The position numbers and the translations under genes are program-made. The notes under the pieces are model-generated. The model had not been told where the DNA came from. It saw only the letters and a program-made list of their open reading frames with translations, and made no database searches. From Acidobacteriota bacterium (lineage in GTDB: Bacteria; Acidobacteriota; Vicinamibacteria; Marinacidobacterales; Marinacidobacteraceae), in contig JAJEFG010000023.1 of NCBI GenBank assembly GCA_022820545.1, positions 14,761 to 78,760 on the forward strand: a stretch of 64,000 nucleotides of DNA, in the 5' to 3' direction. Positions 45,902 to 54,710 of this stretch are shown piece by piece; positions within the stretch are counted from its first letter, which is position 1; every line of letters starts with the position of its first letter.

Positions 45902-46409
45902 TTATCCCGGCCCCGCCTGTCCGGCCGGTCCGCTGACCTCGACGCCGGTCCGCAGATACAGGTTCCGGATCGGGTACGGGATCTCGATGCCTTCCTCGCC
46001 AAACCGGCGGTGCAGGAGCTTGATGAAAGCGTTCGCGAGGTCGAAGCGGAACTCGGGCGCCGTGGCCTGGAGCACCGCGTTGAAGGTCACCGCCGAATCC
46101 CCGAAGCCGGTCCAGCGGATATCGCCGCCGAATCCGCCAACCCCGGCATCGCTCTCGTCCTGAACCCGCCGGATGACCTCGCGGGCGGTCTGCTCGGCGT
46201 GTTCCATATCCGTGTCGTAGTGGACACCGACCGGAACCCGGAGACGCACCTTCGGGTCCGGGGTGTCCAGGTTCGTGAGTACCGAATCCGCGAGCTGGGA
46301 GTTCGGGATGATCACGTGGTTGTCGAGCAGCGTCCTGAGCGTCGTCGTGCGCCACCCGATGTCGGTGACGTAACCCTCGACGTCGGCGCCGTGAGTCGTG
46401 CGCCAGGCT
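45902..46409 (-). pseudogene. MscS-family channel remnant (beta and C-terminal domains only, no TM region)
   Basis: The open frame begins right after a TGA with AWRTTHGADVEGYVTDIGWRTTTLRTLLDNHVIIPNSQL, the MscS beta-domain motif. No TM helices are encoded. There is no ATG, and the only in-frame start (GTG 46315) would remove half of the motif. Confidence 0.6.
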
Positions 46410-46509
46410 CAGGATCCTCGCTCCCGACCGCGCGGTGCGGGCTCAGGCAGGCGCTCGCCGCCGCCGCCCGCGTTCAGCGAATCGTCCCGATATCCGCAGC
46501 ACCCCGTCC

Positions 46510-48093
46510 TCAAGACTCGTCCGACGACTCCTGGAGGCGGCTCCCCCACCGCTCGACCCATCGTCCGGCGATGTCCCGGGCGCCGAATCCGAATGCGATC
46601 GCCGCGCCCACGCCGATGCTGCCCGCAAAGATCGCGAAGGCGATGACCAGAATCTCGGTGCCGACCCGCATCTGCTGGAGCGCCATTGCCGCGGACAGCA
46701 CCAGAACGGCAACCCGCGCGGTGACGGCGAGCAGATGCGCCTGGGGGGTGCCGCTGGAACGCACCGCGTCCGCCACCGCTCGGGACACATAGAGGCCCAG
46801 CGCGAGGATGGCAAGACCGACCAGCACGTTGGCGGCGAAGACCATGAATTCCGTGAGGAGTCCGGCCAAACTGGCGAATCCGACCAGACCCAGGGCCTCG
46901 ATGCTGGCCAGAAGAACGATCGTCGGCACCGAGAGCGCCCCAACCACTGCGGAAGGCGGGCGCGACCCCTCGCCCGCACTGGCGAACCCGAGGCGGGCGA
47001 CGAGATCGTCGAATCCCGCAGCGGCCAGGCCCCGCACCAGCAAGCCGGAGACCACCCGGGCGCCGAGGTAGCTCACGGCCAACAGCAGGGCCGCGCCGAG
47101 AAGCGACGGGATGGCGGCGAGCCCCCTCCCGAGCATGGCGACCGCCGGCTCGGTGACGCTGCGCATGGACAGGGCGTCAAGCGCGGCGATGGCGGTGGGG
47201 ACCAGCACGAGGACCTGCACGACGCGGCCCGCCAGTTCCGAAAGCCGGGACGATCCCGACCAGGCGCCGAGTCCCGACGAGTCGCCCACGCGGTCGAAGC
47301 CGACCTCCGCCAGCAGAGCCGACGAGGCGCGCCGGGCGAACTTCGCGGCGAACCAGCCGGCTGCCAGGATGACGGCCGCGGCAAGGACGTTGGGTACGAA
47401 AGCCAGGATCCTCTCCAGGAACGTACGGACGGGGGCCAGGAGACCCTCGATCGCGAGCACGTCGAGCACCGCCGGCAGGAAGAGCAGGAGAATGAACCAG
47501 TACGAGCCCTCGGCCAGCGCCCGGGCCCCTCCCTGCTCGCTGGGAGGTTTGTCGCTGGAAACCTGGCCGATGCGAACTCGGCTTGCAGCCAGCGAAACCG
47601 CGTGTCGAACCCCGGACGCGACGGCAACCGCCACCAGCACCAGTACTCCGGCGGCCAGGAGTTGGGGAACGAACCCGACGATCGCGCTGAGCAGCGTGCT
47701 CAAGGGTTCGGACACGGAGGGCAGGAGGAGGGCCTCGAAGAACGCGGCCAATACGAAGAGCATCACCAGGTAGAAGGCCGCTTTCCCCGCGTAGTGGGCG
47801 ACCGGGGCGGCGTTGCCGGGCGCGCCGCCAGCCAGCCACCTCCCGATCCGGGTGCGGCCGAGCGCGCGCCGCGTGATGGCCCGGACGCTCATGCCCGCGA
47901 GCCACGCGAGCAACCAGCCGAGCACCAGGATGACGCCGGCGCCGAGGATGTTGCTCAGGTAACCGCTGGCTACCGACGTCAACTGAGCTACGGTCTCTTG
48001 GAACAGGTCTGCCAGGGACTGCATCGTTCGCGTCTCTCCTTCGGGTTCCGGGAAACCCTGCCGTTTCTTCCGGCTGTGCCGGACGGCCTCCAA
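46510..48093 (-). CDS. TM-helix-repeat membrane protein (paralog of 35782..37308)
   Basis: Same repeated-helix architecture. It ends FGFGARDIAGRWVERWGSRL. Confidence 0.75.
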   Translation of the reverse strand: MEAVRHSRKKRQGFPEPEGETRTMQSLADLFQETVAQLTSVASGYLSNILGAGVILVLGWLLAWLAGMSVRAITRRALGRTRIGRWLAGGAPGNAAPVAHYAGKAAFYLVMLFVLAAFFEALLLPSVSEPLSTLLSAIVGFVPQLLAAGVLVLVAVAVASGVRHAVSLAASRVRIGQVSSDKPPSEQGGARALAEGSYWFILLLFLPAVLDVLAIEGLLAPVRTFLERILAFVPNVLAAAVILAAGWFAAKFARRASSALLAEVGFDRVGDSSGLGAWSGSSRLSELAGRVVQVLVLVPTAIAALDALSMRSVTEPAVAMLGRGLAAIPSLLGAALLLAVSYLGARVVSGLLVRGLAAAGFDDLVARLGFASAGEGSRPPSAVVGALSVPTIVLLASIEALGLVGFASLAGLLTEFMVFAANVLVGLAILALGLYVSRAVADAVRSSGTPQAHLLAVTARVAVLVLSAAMALQQMRVGTEILVIAFAIFAGSIGVGAAIAFGFGARDIAGRWVERWGSRLQESSDES

Positions 48094-48148
48094 CCGCTAT
48101 GGACGACGCCGGGCCGGCAAAGTCACATCGCGGCGTCTCGTGGCCGGA

Positions 48149-48967
48149 TTACTTGGACTGGCGGACGATCTCCCGGAGCAGACGGCTGTTGGACACGGAC
48201 ACGATCGCGTCTTCCTGCTCGATCAGCGCGTTCGTCGGGGTGATCGAGATGAGGACGCCCCGGTGCCCCCCGATCTCGACCTCCTGCCCGATCCGGAAGA
48301 TCCGGCGAGCGTAGAGCCCCGCAAGGATGTCGCGGGCCGAGTCCCTGGCCCCCAGCCCGAACGAGAGCCCGAGCGCCAGGGCGAGGCCGGCCAGGATCCA
48401 GCCGAGCAGCAGCCAGACGGCGTCCGTGGTGATCCGCAACTGGTTGACCGCGAAGAGCGCGGCCGCAAACACGATGGCGGCGAACGCCAGTGTTCCGAGC
48501 GTTTGCGCATACTCGATCCCGGCGTCCAGCGCTGCCTGTCTGGCGCCGCGCCGAATGTGCCCTGCGACCGTCACCCCGCCTAGCAGGATCGCGCTCGCCA
48601 GGAGCACTCGGGGCGCGTACGCCAGCACCCCGCCCAGACCCGCGGCGAGCGCCGGCAGCCCGAGGGCATCGGCCACGAGCTGACCGGTCAGCAGGCCCGC
48701 CAGCACGAAGGCGCCGCGTCCCAGCACCTGACTCAGCGGCCGGCTGATGCCGAAGCGGCCGAGCGCACCCTGCACCCCGACCTGGTCCGCCCACGCGTCG
48801 AACCGGCGGAGGAGGAATCGGGTGATCCGGCCAGCGGCCCAGCCTGCCGCGAAGGCTACCGCCAGCAACACCAGGCCGCGAACGAGAAGCTCGCCCGACA
48901 CGTAGAGCCAACTCAGAAGGGAACGCAGGGTTTCCGACAGGTCGCCGCTGAGATCGAGATCCGTCAT
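48149..48967 (-). CDS. small MscS-like / TM-helix protein (272 aa)
   Basis: TM-helix repeats, then LSFGLGARDSARDILAGLYARRIFRIGQEVEIGGHRGVLISI...VSVSNSRL. This is a truncated MscS beta domain with no C-terminal alpha/beta domain. Confidence 0.7.
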   Translation of the reverse strand: MTDLDLSGDLSETLRSLLSWLYVSGELLVRGLVLLAVAFAAGWAAGRITRFLLRRFDAWADQVGVQGALGRFGISRPLSQVLGRGAFVLAGLLTGQLVADALGLPALAAGLGGVLAYAPRVLLASAILLGGVTVAGHIRRGARQAALDAGIEYAQTLGTLAFAAIVFAAALFAVNQLRITTDAVWLLLGWILAGLALALGLSFGLGARDSARDILAGLYARRIFRIGQEVEIGGHRGVLISITPTNALIEQEDAIVSVSNSRLLREIVRQSK

Positions 48968-49251
48968 TCGGTGACTTCCTTTCTCCGCGGAGCCGTGGGA
49001 CCGTCGCCCCGCCAGAACGCGATGACCGCAACCACGAGTTCCAGGACGGCGAGGGCCGGGCCGAGGACGCAGAACTCCACCACGCTCGCGGCGAACAGCC
49101 GCCGCTGAATGGAGCGCCGCACCCGGCCGACGAACGACTCATCCGCAGCGTCCGTGGCGCCTGCCGGCGGCAGCATGGGCACCCGCGCTTCCGCATCCGC
49201 GTTCGTCGTCCGCGGGGTTCGCGCGCCCCCTTTCCCGTCGCGCCGTTTCAT
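48964..49251 (-). CDS. putative membrane anti-sigma factor (95 aa, single TM)
   Basis: ATGA overlaps with the ECF sigma upstream and the MscS-like gene downstream. One TM segment, FAASVVEFCVLGPALAVLELVVAVIAFW. The call rests on position only. Confidence 0.5.
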   Translation of the reverse strand: MKRRDGKGGARTPRTTNADAEARVPMLPPAGATDAADESFVGRVRRSIQRRLFAASVVEFCVLGPALAVLELVVAVIAFWRGDGPTAPRRKEVTE

Positions 49252-49877
49252 GGCCGAACAGGCGCCGCCGGATGCGGCGGCGTGGGGTCGTTGGGTTCGA
49301 CCGGCGCGCCGAGGCGCGCTCGCAGAGTCCGGCGAGCCCGCAGGACGCGCATCTTCGCCGCCGACAGCCCGAGACCAAGCGTCCGGGCAATCTCCTCGTA
49401 GGCGAGTCCGTCCAGATCCCGGAGCGTCAGCGGGACCCGCAAGGTGTCGGGCAACGCTTCAATTGCGGAGGCCAGGCGCTCGTAGGCCTCCGCATCGATC
49501 AGGTCCTGTTCCGCGGAAGCGGGGACCGACAGTTCCGGCGCTCCCGCCAGTTCGGGTGCGCCGACATCCACGAAGGTTCGTCCTCGACCCACCTTGAGGT
49601 GGTCCAGGCAGTGATTGACCTTGATTCGCTGCACCCATGTCCGGAACGAGGAACCGCCCCGGAACCGGCGCAGGCCGAAGTAGGCCTTGATGAACACCTC
49701 CTGGGCCAGGTCCTCGGCGTGCTCCGGCTGGCTCGTCAGAAAACGACAGTTGGCGACCACCCGGGCCCGATGGCGCCGAACCAGCGTGTCGAAGGCGCGA
49801 ACGTCGTCCCGGGGCGAGTCCTTCAGTTGGTTGACGAGCATCTCGTCCGACACCTCTTCGGGAGCCGGACTCGTCAT
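49248..49877 (-). CDS. ECF-type RNA polymerase sigma-70 factor
   Basis: Region 2 DLAQEVFIKAYFGLRRFRGGSSFRTWVQRIKVNHCLD. Region 4 LRDLDGLAYEEIARTLGLGLSAAKMRVLRARRTL. Confidence 0.9.
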   Translation of the reverse strand: MTSPAPEEVSDEMLVNQLKDSPRDDVRAFDTLVRRHRARVVANCRFLTSQPEHAEDLAQEVFIKAYFGLRRFRGGSSFRTWVQRIKVNHCLDHLKVGRGRTFVDVGAPELAGAPELSVPASAEQDLIDAEAYERLASAIEALPDTLRVPLTLRDLDGLAYEEIARTLGLGLSAAKMRVLRARRTLRARLGAPVEPNDPTPPHPAAPVRP

Positions 49878-50128
49878 GCGGCCGCTCCGGTCATCGTTGA
49901 AGCGATCGCGCCGCGCAGCCCGGCACTGTCGCCATAGACCGCCTGACGGGCCCAGTGGTCACAACCGGTGGCGCGGGTGTTCCCCACCGGCCGCCGGCAC
50001 TGGCCGTCCGATGTGACGGATCCGGGGTTGGACTCGTCATTGGAAGGTGGCGCGAATGCTGTCAAGTCCATGGAGCCGGGAGCGAGCGAACATATCCCAT
50101 GCCCCCGGAACTTCCGGAGCGCGTTCGC

Positions 50129-51853
50129 ATGCAACCAGCACCTCGGACGGATCCCCCCTGGTCGCGTTCTCCGTCCCTCCTGTTGCGCTGCGGCGATCAT
50201 CGGTCGCTGCCGCCCAGGTCGCCGAATGTGCCGTCAGGTTGCCCGCGCGCGTTGAACCCGTGCGGCCAACCCCTCGGAATCCGGGCTCGGGCGGCCTTCG
50301 CCAGCAGGTGTCTGCTCGCGATCCTGGCCGCCGTTCCGACCGCTGCACAACCCGAGGGGCACCCCCCCTACCACCGCTGGCTGGCGCCTCCCGTCGAAGC
50401 GCAGCTCGCCGCCGATTCGACCGAAGTCCCCGAGGGTATGGGAGCGATCTTCGTTCCTGCGTTGTCCGACGGCGAATCGGAGCCGCAGTCGGTCGTCGTG
50501 CGGGGATCCCGGCAGGTTGCCTCCGGCCCGAACGGAAGCCGGATTCCGGTCCCGCCGGGCGACTACGCGGTCGTGGTCGGAAGCGGACCGATTGCGGGAC
50601 GGGTCCGCATCCCGGTGGAGGTAGCGGCGGGACAAACGACCGTGGCGCCCGTTCGGTGGGGTGGACTCCGCGTCGAGGTGGTGGACGAGCGGAACATCCC
50701 GCACGGGGCCTCCTTCGAACTGATCCGCGTCGTGGATCGTCAGGTTCACCTGACCGGGTCCGGGGCGGACACGCTCGAGGGGGAACGCCTCGGCACCCTG
50801 CTCCTGCCGGAGGACCTCTACCGCATCGTCCGGCGCCGGTCGGCATACCGGACCCGGACCGACTTCGCGGGCGTCTTCGTGCCGGCCGGGGCGCTGGTGC
50901 ACTACCGGCTCGTCATCAGCCGGACGACCGGGGAAATGCGGGGCGGAGCGGCGGTGACCGCAGAGGAAACCGGCCAGGCCGGCGCCCGTTCTCCCTGGAC
51001 CCGCAGAATCTCGGCCGGCCTCTCGATGCCGTTCGCCTCGACGGTGAATGTCGTGGGGAAGCCGAACCAGACATCCGTGGCGGCCGATGTCTTTGTGGAC
51101 GCCTACCTGACCTACCAGCGCGGCCGAGACTCCCTGGGAGGCATCCTCGAAGTCGAACAGGGAGTGCTCATGGTGGACCCGGAGGGCACGCAGGCGCTTC
51201 CGGTCCAGAAGACGAGCGACCGGATCCGCGCCGATGTTCTCTACAGCCGCTTCCTGGGACCCCATCTGGGCCCCTACGTCCGGATCGGACTGCTCACCAG
51301 CGCCAGGGTCTCGGAGACCCTCTTCACGGAGGCGACCGGCGTCACGCTCGAGCGTCTCGACGGGACGTTCGACAGTCGGCGGGTCGGTGCGAACGACACC
51401 CTGCGCACCGCCGGCGCCTTCTCGCCGGTGCTCCTGCGCGAAGGTCTCGGCCTCAACGCGCGCCTGGTCCGGCTGCCGACGCTCACGCTCGACTGGCGCG
51501 GCGGTTTCGGATTGCGCCAGAACTGGTTTCGACGGGCGCTCTATCTGGACGACGACCCGCGGACGGCGGCCCTCGACTACCGGGAGGCGGCGAGCTTCCA
51601 CGAAGCGGGCGCCGAAATGACCTTCCTGGTTTCGGGCCGCTACCGCTTCCTGACGCTCAACGCCAGCCTCGACCTGTTCGGCAACGCCGGAGAGGAGCGG
51701 CATCTCACGGTCGATTGGCGCAGCACCGTCACCTGGCAACTGACGAGCGGGCTGTCGCTCAACTACAACCTCGATCTCGCCCGGATGCCGCAGGTCCGCT
51801 CGGAGAATCAGGTCACCCAGGCGCTGTTGCTGGGCGTCACCTTCGGGTCCTGA
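50129..51853 (+). CDS. uncharacterised outer-membrane-like protein, paralog A
   Basis: Signal-like FASRCLLAILAAVPTAAQ. N-terminal beta-sandwich-like region (VRWGGLRVEVVDERNIPHG). The C-terminal half has alternating beta-strand-like patterning. Clear paralog of 60105..61802. Start is uncertain: ATG 50129 or TTG 50252 (track 49955). Confidence 0.65.
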   Translation: MQPAPRTDPPWSRSPSLLLRCGDHRSLPPRSPNVPSGCPRALNPCGQPLGIRARAAFASRCLLAILAAVPTAAQPEGHPPYHRWLAPPVEAQLAADSTEVPEGMGAIFVPALSDGESEPQSVVVRGSRQVASGPNGSRIPVPPGDYAVVVGSGPIAGRVRIPVEVAAGQTTVAPVRWGGLRVEVVDERNIPHGASFELIRVVDRQVHLTGSGADTLEGERLGTLLLPEDLYRIVRRRSAYRTRTDFAGVFVPAGALVHYRLVISRTTGEMRGGAAVTAEETGQAGARSPWTRRISAGLSMPFASTVNVVGKPNQTSVAADVFVDAYLTYQRGRDSLGGILEVEQGVLMVDPEGTQALPVQKTSDRIRADVLYSRFLGPHLGPYVRIGLLTSARVSETLFTEATGVTLERLDGTFDSRRVGANDTLRTAGAFSPVLLREGLGLNARLVRLPTLTLDWRGGFGLRQNWFRRALYLDDDPRTAALDYREAASFHEAGAEMTFLVSGRYRFLTLNASLDLFGNAGEERHLTVDWRSTVTWQLTSGLSLNYNLDLARMPQVRSENQVTQALLLGVTFGS

Positions 51854-52007
51854 ACGGTGCTTCGGGTGGAGTGCCTTCGGCGGCAAGGCGCCGGCCTGGC
51901 GTTTCGCTCAGCCTGGAACGCGGCGCTCCGGAGTCCCCCGCCCCGGCGCCGAGAGACCTATACTCCGGCGGCCCGTCCCGCCGCACAGCACAGGACGCCT
52001 GATACCC

Positions 52008-52802
52008 ATGCCTGATGTCCCATGGCGCATATTCAGCGGCGACGGCCCGCTGGTAGCCACCGCGATCCACCACGGACACGATGTCCGTCCGGAAGTCCGG
52101 GAGCGGATGGCGCTCCCCGAGGACCGGCGCCTGAACGAGGAAGATCCCTTCACCGGCCCGTTCACGGCCGTGGCGCCTACCCGGATCATCGTCGAACGGT
52201 CGCGTTTCGAGGTGGACCTGAACCGGCCGCGGGAGAACGCCGTCTATCGCCGTCCCGAGGACGCCTGGGGAATCCGGGTGTGGCGCGGCGAGCTCCCGGA
52301 CGATGTCTGCGACCGGTCACTGGCGATCCATGACGCGTTCTACAGCACCCTCGGCGCAATCCTCTGGGAGAAGGAGCGGCGATACGGCGCCTTTGTGGTG
52401 TTCGACCTGCACAGCTACAACCACCGCCGTGACGGACCGGACGCTCCGCCACAGGATCCCGCGGCGAACCCGGAGGTCAATCTGGGGACCGGATCCATGG
52501 ACCGGCAGCGCTGGGGGGCCCTCGCCGACCGGTTCATGGAGGACCTGCGGTCCTTCGACTTCGGCGGCCGTCATCTCGACGTGCGCGAGAACGTCCGGTT
52601 CCGCGGCGCCGAGCTCTGCCGCTTCGTTCACGCCAGGTTCCCGAAGACCGGCTGCGGCCTCGCGATCGAGTTCAAGAAGTTCTTCATGGACGAGTGGACC
52701 GGGGAGACCTATCCGGAAATCCACGGGCGGATTCCGGAGGCGCTGCGCGCCACCGTCCCGGGGATTCTCGAAGAACTGGAGAAGGTGCGCTCAGCGCGCT
52801 GA
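52008..52802 (+). CDS. N-formylglutamate amidohydrolase (FGase)-family protein
   Basis: VATAIHHGHDVRPE ... RLNEEDPFTG ... FDLHSYNHRR, consistent with the metal-dependent FGase fold. Confidence 0.65.
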   Translation: MPDVPWRIFSGDGPLVATAIHHGHDVRPEVRERMALPEDRRLNEEDPFTGPFTAVAPTRIIVERSRFEVDLNRPRENAVYRRPEDAWGIRVWRGELPDDVCDRSLAIHDAFYSTLGAILWEKERRYGAFVVFDLHSYNHRRDGPDAPPQDPAANPEVNLGTGSMDRQRWGALADRFMEDLRSFDFGGRHLDVRENVRFRGAELCRFVHARFPKTGCGLAIEFKKFFMDEWTGETYPEIHGRIPEALRATVPGILEELEKVRSAR

Positions 52803-52826
52803 CGTGGCAACCCGACATCGCGGCCG

Positions 52827-54710
52827 GTGATACCCGCCCGCTTCCTGCGCTCGGCCGCCGCGCGGCTCGCCGCCGACCAGCCCCTCCGGCGCCAGCTTCC
52901 GGACTGGGGCCAGGTCCACATTGACCGGCAGCTTCCCTTCGTCTGCGTGTACCGGCGCCCCCGAAGGTCGCGGGACGGTCTCACCGCCCGGCTGATCACC
53001 ACCCAGGCGTCGTACGTTGCCGGCATCGAGGACGAGATCGCCCCCCTGGTGCGGACCATCGCCGCCACCCTTTCTCCGGTCTTCGGCGGCTTCCTGGTCT
53101 TCGAGCTGTGGGAGACGCCATCCCGGGAACTGCCGGGAGAGCCCGGCGCCGTCGCCCCGGGTTTCCGGATCCTCGCCCCCCGCGGGGAGGGGCTGACCTC
53201 AACCGTTCAGGCGCTGGCCGCGGAACTGACGGGAGTCCGCATCTACAAGCATCCAGCCGAGGTGGAGGCGCGGTTCCGGGAGCGCATCGCGCCGCCGCGG
53301 CTCGCCCCGCTGCTTTCCGCCGCGGAACTCGGCGAAACCGGGGCGCACCTGATCGGACTCGGCATCCGGCCGGTGCATCGCGACCCGCGTACCCGCGACG
53401 TGTATCCCCTGGTGCTCCGGGCGCTCCGGCGTCAGCTCTATCGCCCGTTCGCCAAGACCGTCTTCGAGTACTCCCGCGTCCACACCACCCAGACCGTGCG
53501 CCACTACCACTCGCTGGGCCGGCGCGCGCTGGTGAAGGCGGCCTGGGAGGTGGACCGGGGCCTCGCCGAGGTGGGCAGCGGGTTCGATTTCCTGCTCCAG
53601 GTCACCCCGATCAACCTGGAAGCCGCCTGGATCGCGTTCCGCCGCTCCCGCTTCGAGCGGGCTCCCCGGTTCCTGTACCGGCCGCTGCCGGTCCTCCCGG
53701 GCATGTTGAAACGGAAGCTCTACCAACTGCCGCTCACCCGGATCGAGGATCCCGTGATCGCGGTCCTCTTCTTCGAGAAGCAACGGGAGCTGGACCGGCA
53801 GTTGTCCATGCTCCTCGATCTGGAGACGAGGAACTTCCTCTACGGGAGCCTCCAGGTCTTCGGGCGTCCGGACGAAACGACGTTGCGGTTCGCCCGGCAA
53901 CTTCTGGACCGGATCCCCGCGCGGACCCGGGAATCGTCCGCTGGCCGGTTCCTGAAGGCGCCGGTGGTCGCCGAACGGGCGAGAGCCGAGATTGCCCGCC
54001 TCCGCGAGTCCATGCCCGAACTGGAAGCGCAGGTCGAAATCCGCGACGACGTGCAAGGCCTGATGGTTTCGCGCGGCAACGTCCTTGTCGGGAGCGGGGT
54101 GACCGTCCCTCCGTCTCGCGCGTATGCGCTCCTCCAACACGAGGTGGGCACCCACGTGCTGACCTACTACAACGGGCGGGCCCAGCGGTTCGCCCAGCTC
54201 CGCGCCGGGCTCGCCGGGTACGACGAGACGCAGGAGGGCTTCGCGGTCGTCGCCGAGTACCTCACCGGGGGCCTGACCCGGAAGCGGCTCCGGCTGCTGG
54301 CGGCCCGGGTCGTCGCGGCGGACACGCTGGTCGCGGGGGCCTCGTTCGTCGAGACGTACCGTAAACTCACTTCAGATTTGGGTTTCGGCGGCAAGGCGGC
54401 GTTCGGCATCGCCGCCCGGGTGCATCGCGGCGGGGGACTGACGAAGGACGCCCTGTATCTGCGCGGATTGCTGGGCGTGCTCGACTACCTGGCCGGGGGT
54501 GGGGATTTCGAACCATTGCTGGTCGGGAAGATCAGCGCCCGCCACATTCCCCTGATGCGGGAACTCCTGATGCGCAAGGTGCTCCGGCCTCCTCCGCTGC
54601 GCCCCCGCTACCTGGAGGATCCGCTCGCCCAGGCACGGCTGGAACGCGTCCGCGCGGCGCGGTCTCCCTCACAACTGTTGCTCGAATCGCTCAAGGAGAG
54701 AACCGGATGA
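52827..54710 (+). CDS. QEGLA-motif protein (DUF1704; tyrosine/phenylalanine carboxypeptidase-like)
   Basis: HEVGTHVLTYYNG (HExxH) followed by YDETQEGFAVVAEYLTG (QEGLA motif). GTG start. Confidence 0.85.
   Translation: MIPARFLRSAAARLAADQPLRRQLPDWGQVHIDRQLPFVCVYRRPRRSRDGLTARLITTQASYVAGIEDEIAPLVRTIAATLSPVFGGFLVFELWETPSRELPGEPGAVAPGFRILAPRGEGLTSTVQALAAELTGVRIYKHPAEVEARFRERIAPPRLAPLLSAAELGETGAHLIGLGIRPVHRDPRTRDVYPLVLRALRRQLYRPFAKTVFEYSRVHTTQTVRHYHSLGRRALVKAAWEVDRGLAEVGSGFDFLLQVTPINLEAAWIAFRRSRFERAPRFLYRPLPVLPGMLKRKLYQLPLTRIEDPVIAVLFFEKQRELDRQLSMLLDLETRNFLYGSLQVFGRPDETTLRFARQLLDRIPARTRESSAGRFLKAPVVAERARAEIARLRESMPELEAQVEIRDDVQGLMVSRGNVLVGSGVTVPPSRAYALLQHEVGTHVLTYYNGRAQRFAQLRAGLAGYDETQEGFAVVAEYLTGGLTRKRLRLLAARVVAADTLVAGASFVETYRKLTSDLGFGGKAAFGIAARVHRGGGLTKDALYLRGLLGVLDYLAGGGDFEPLLVGKISARHIPLMRELLMRKVLRPPPLRPRYLEDPLAQARLERVRAARSPSQLLLESLKERTG

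Noticed and set aside
50107-50125. ECF-type promoter-like GGAAC ... CGTT upstream of OMP-like paralog A (a GGGAAC-N16-GTGAC is on the minus strand near 49960..49990)
   Set aside because: The spacer between the GGAAC and CGTT elements is only about 10 nt, against the usual 16-17 nt. The minus-strand candidate lacks a CGT -10 core. These are not convincing without transcription start site data.
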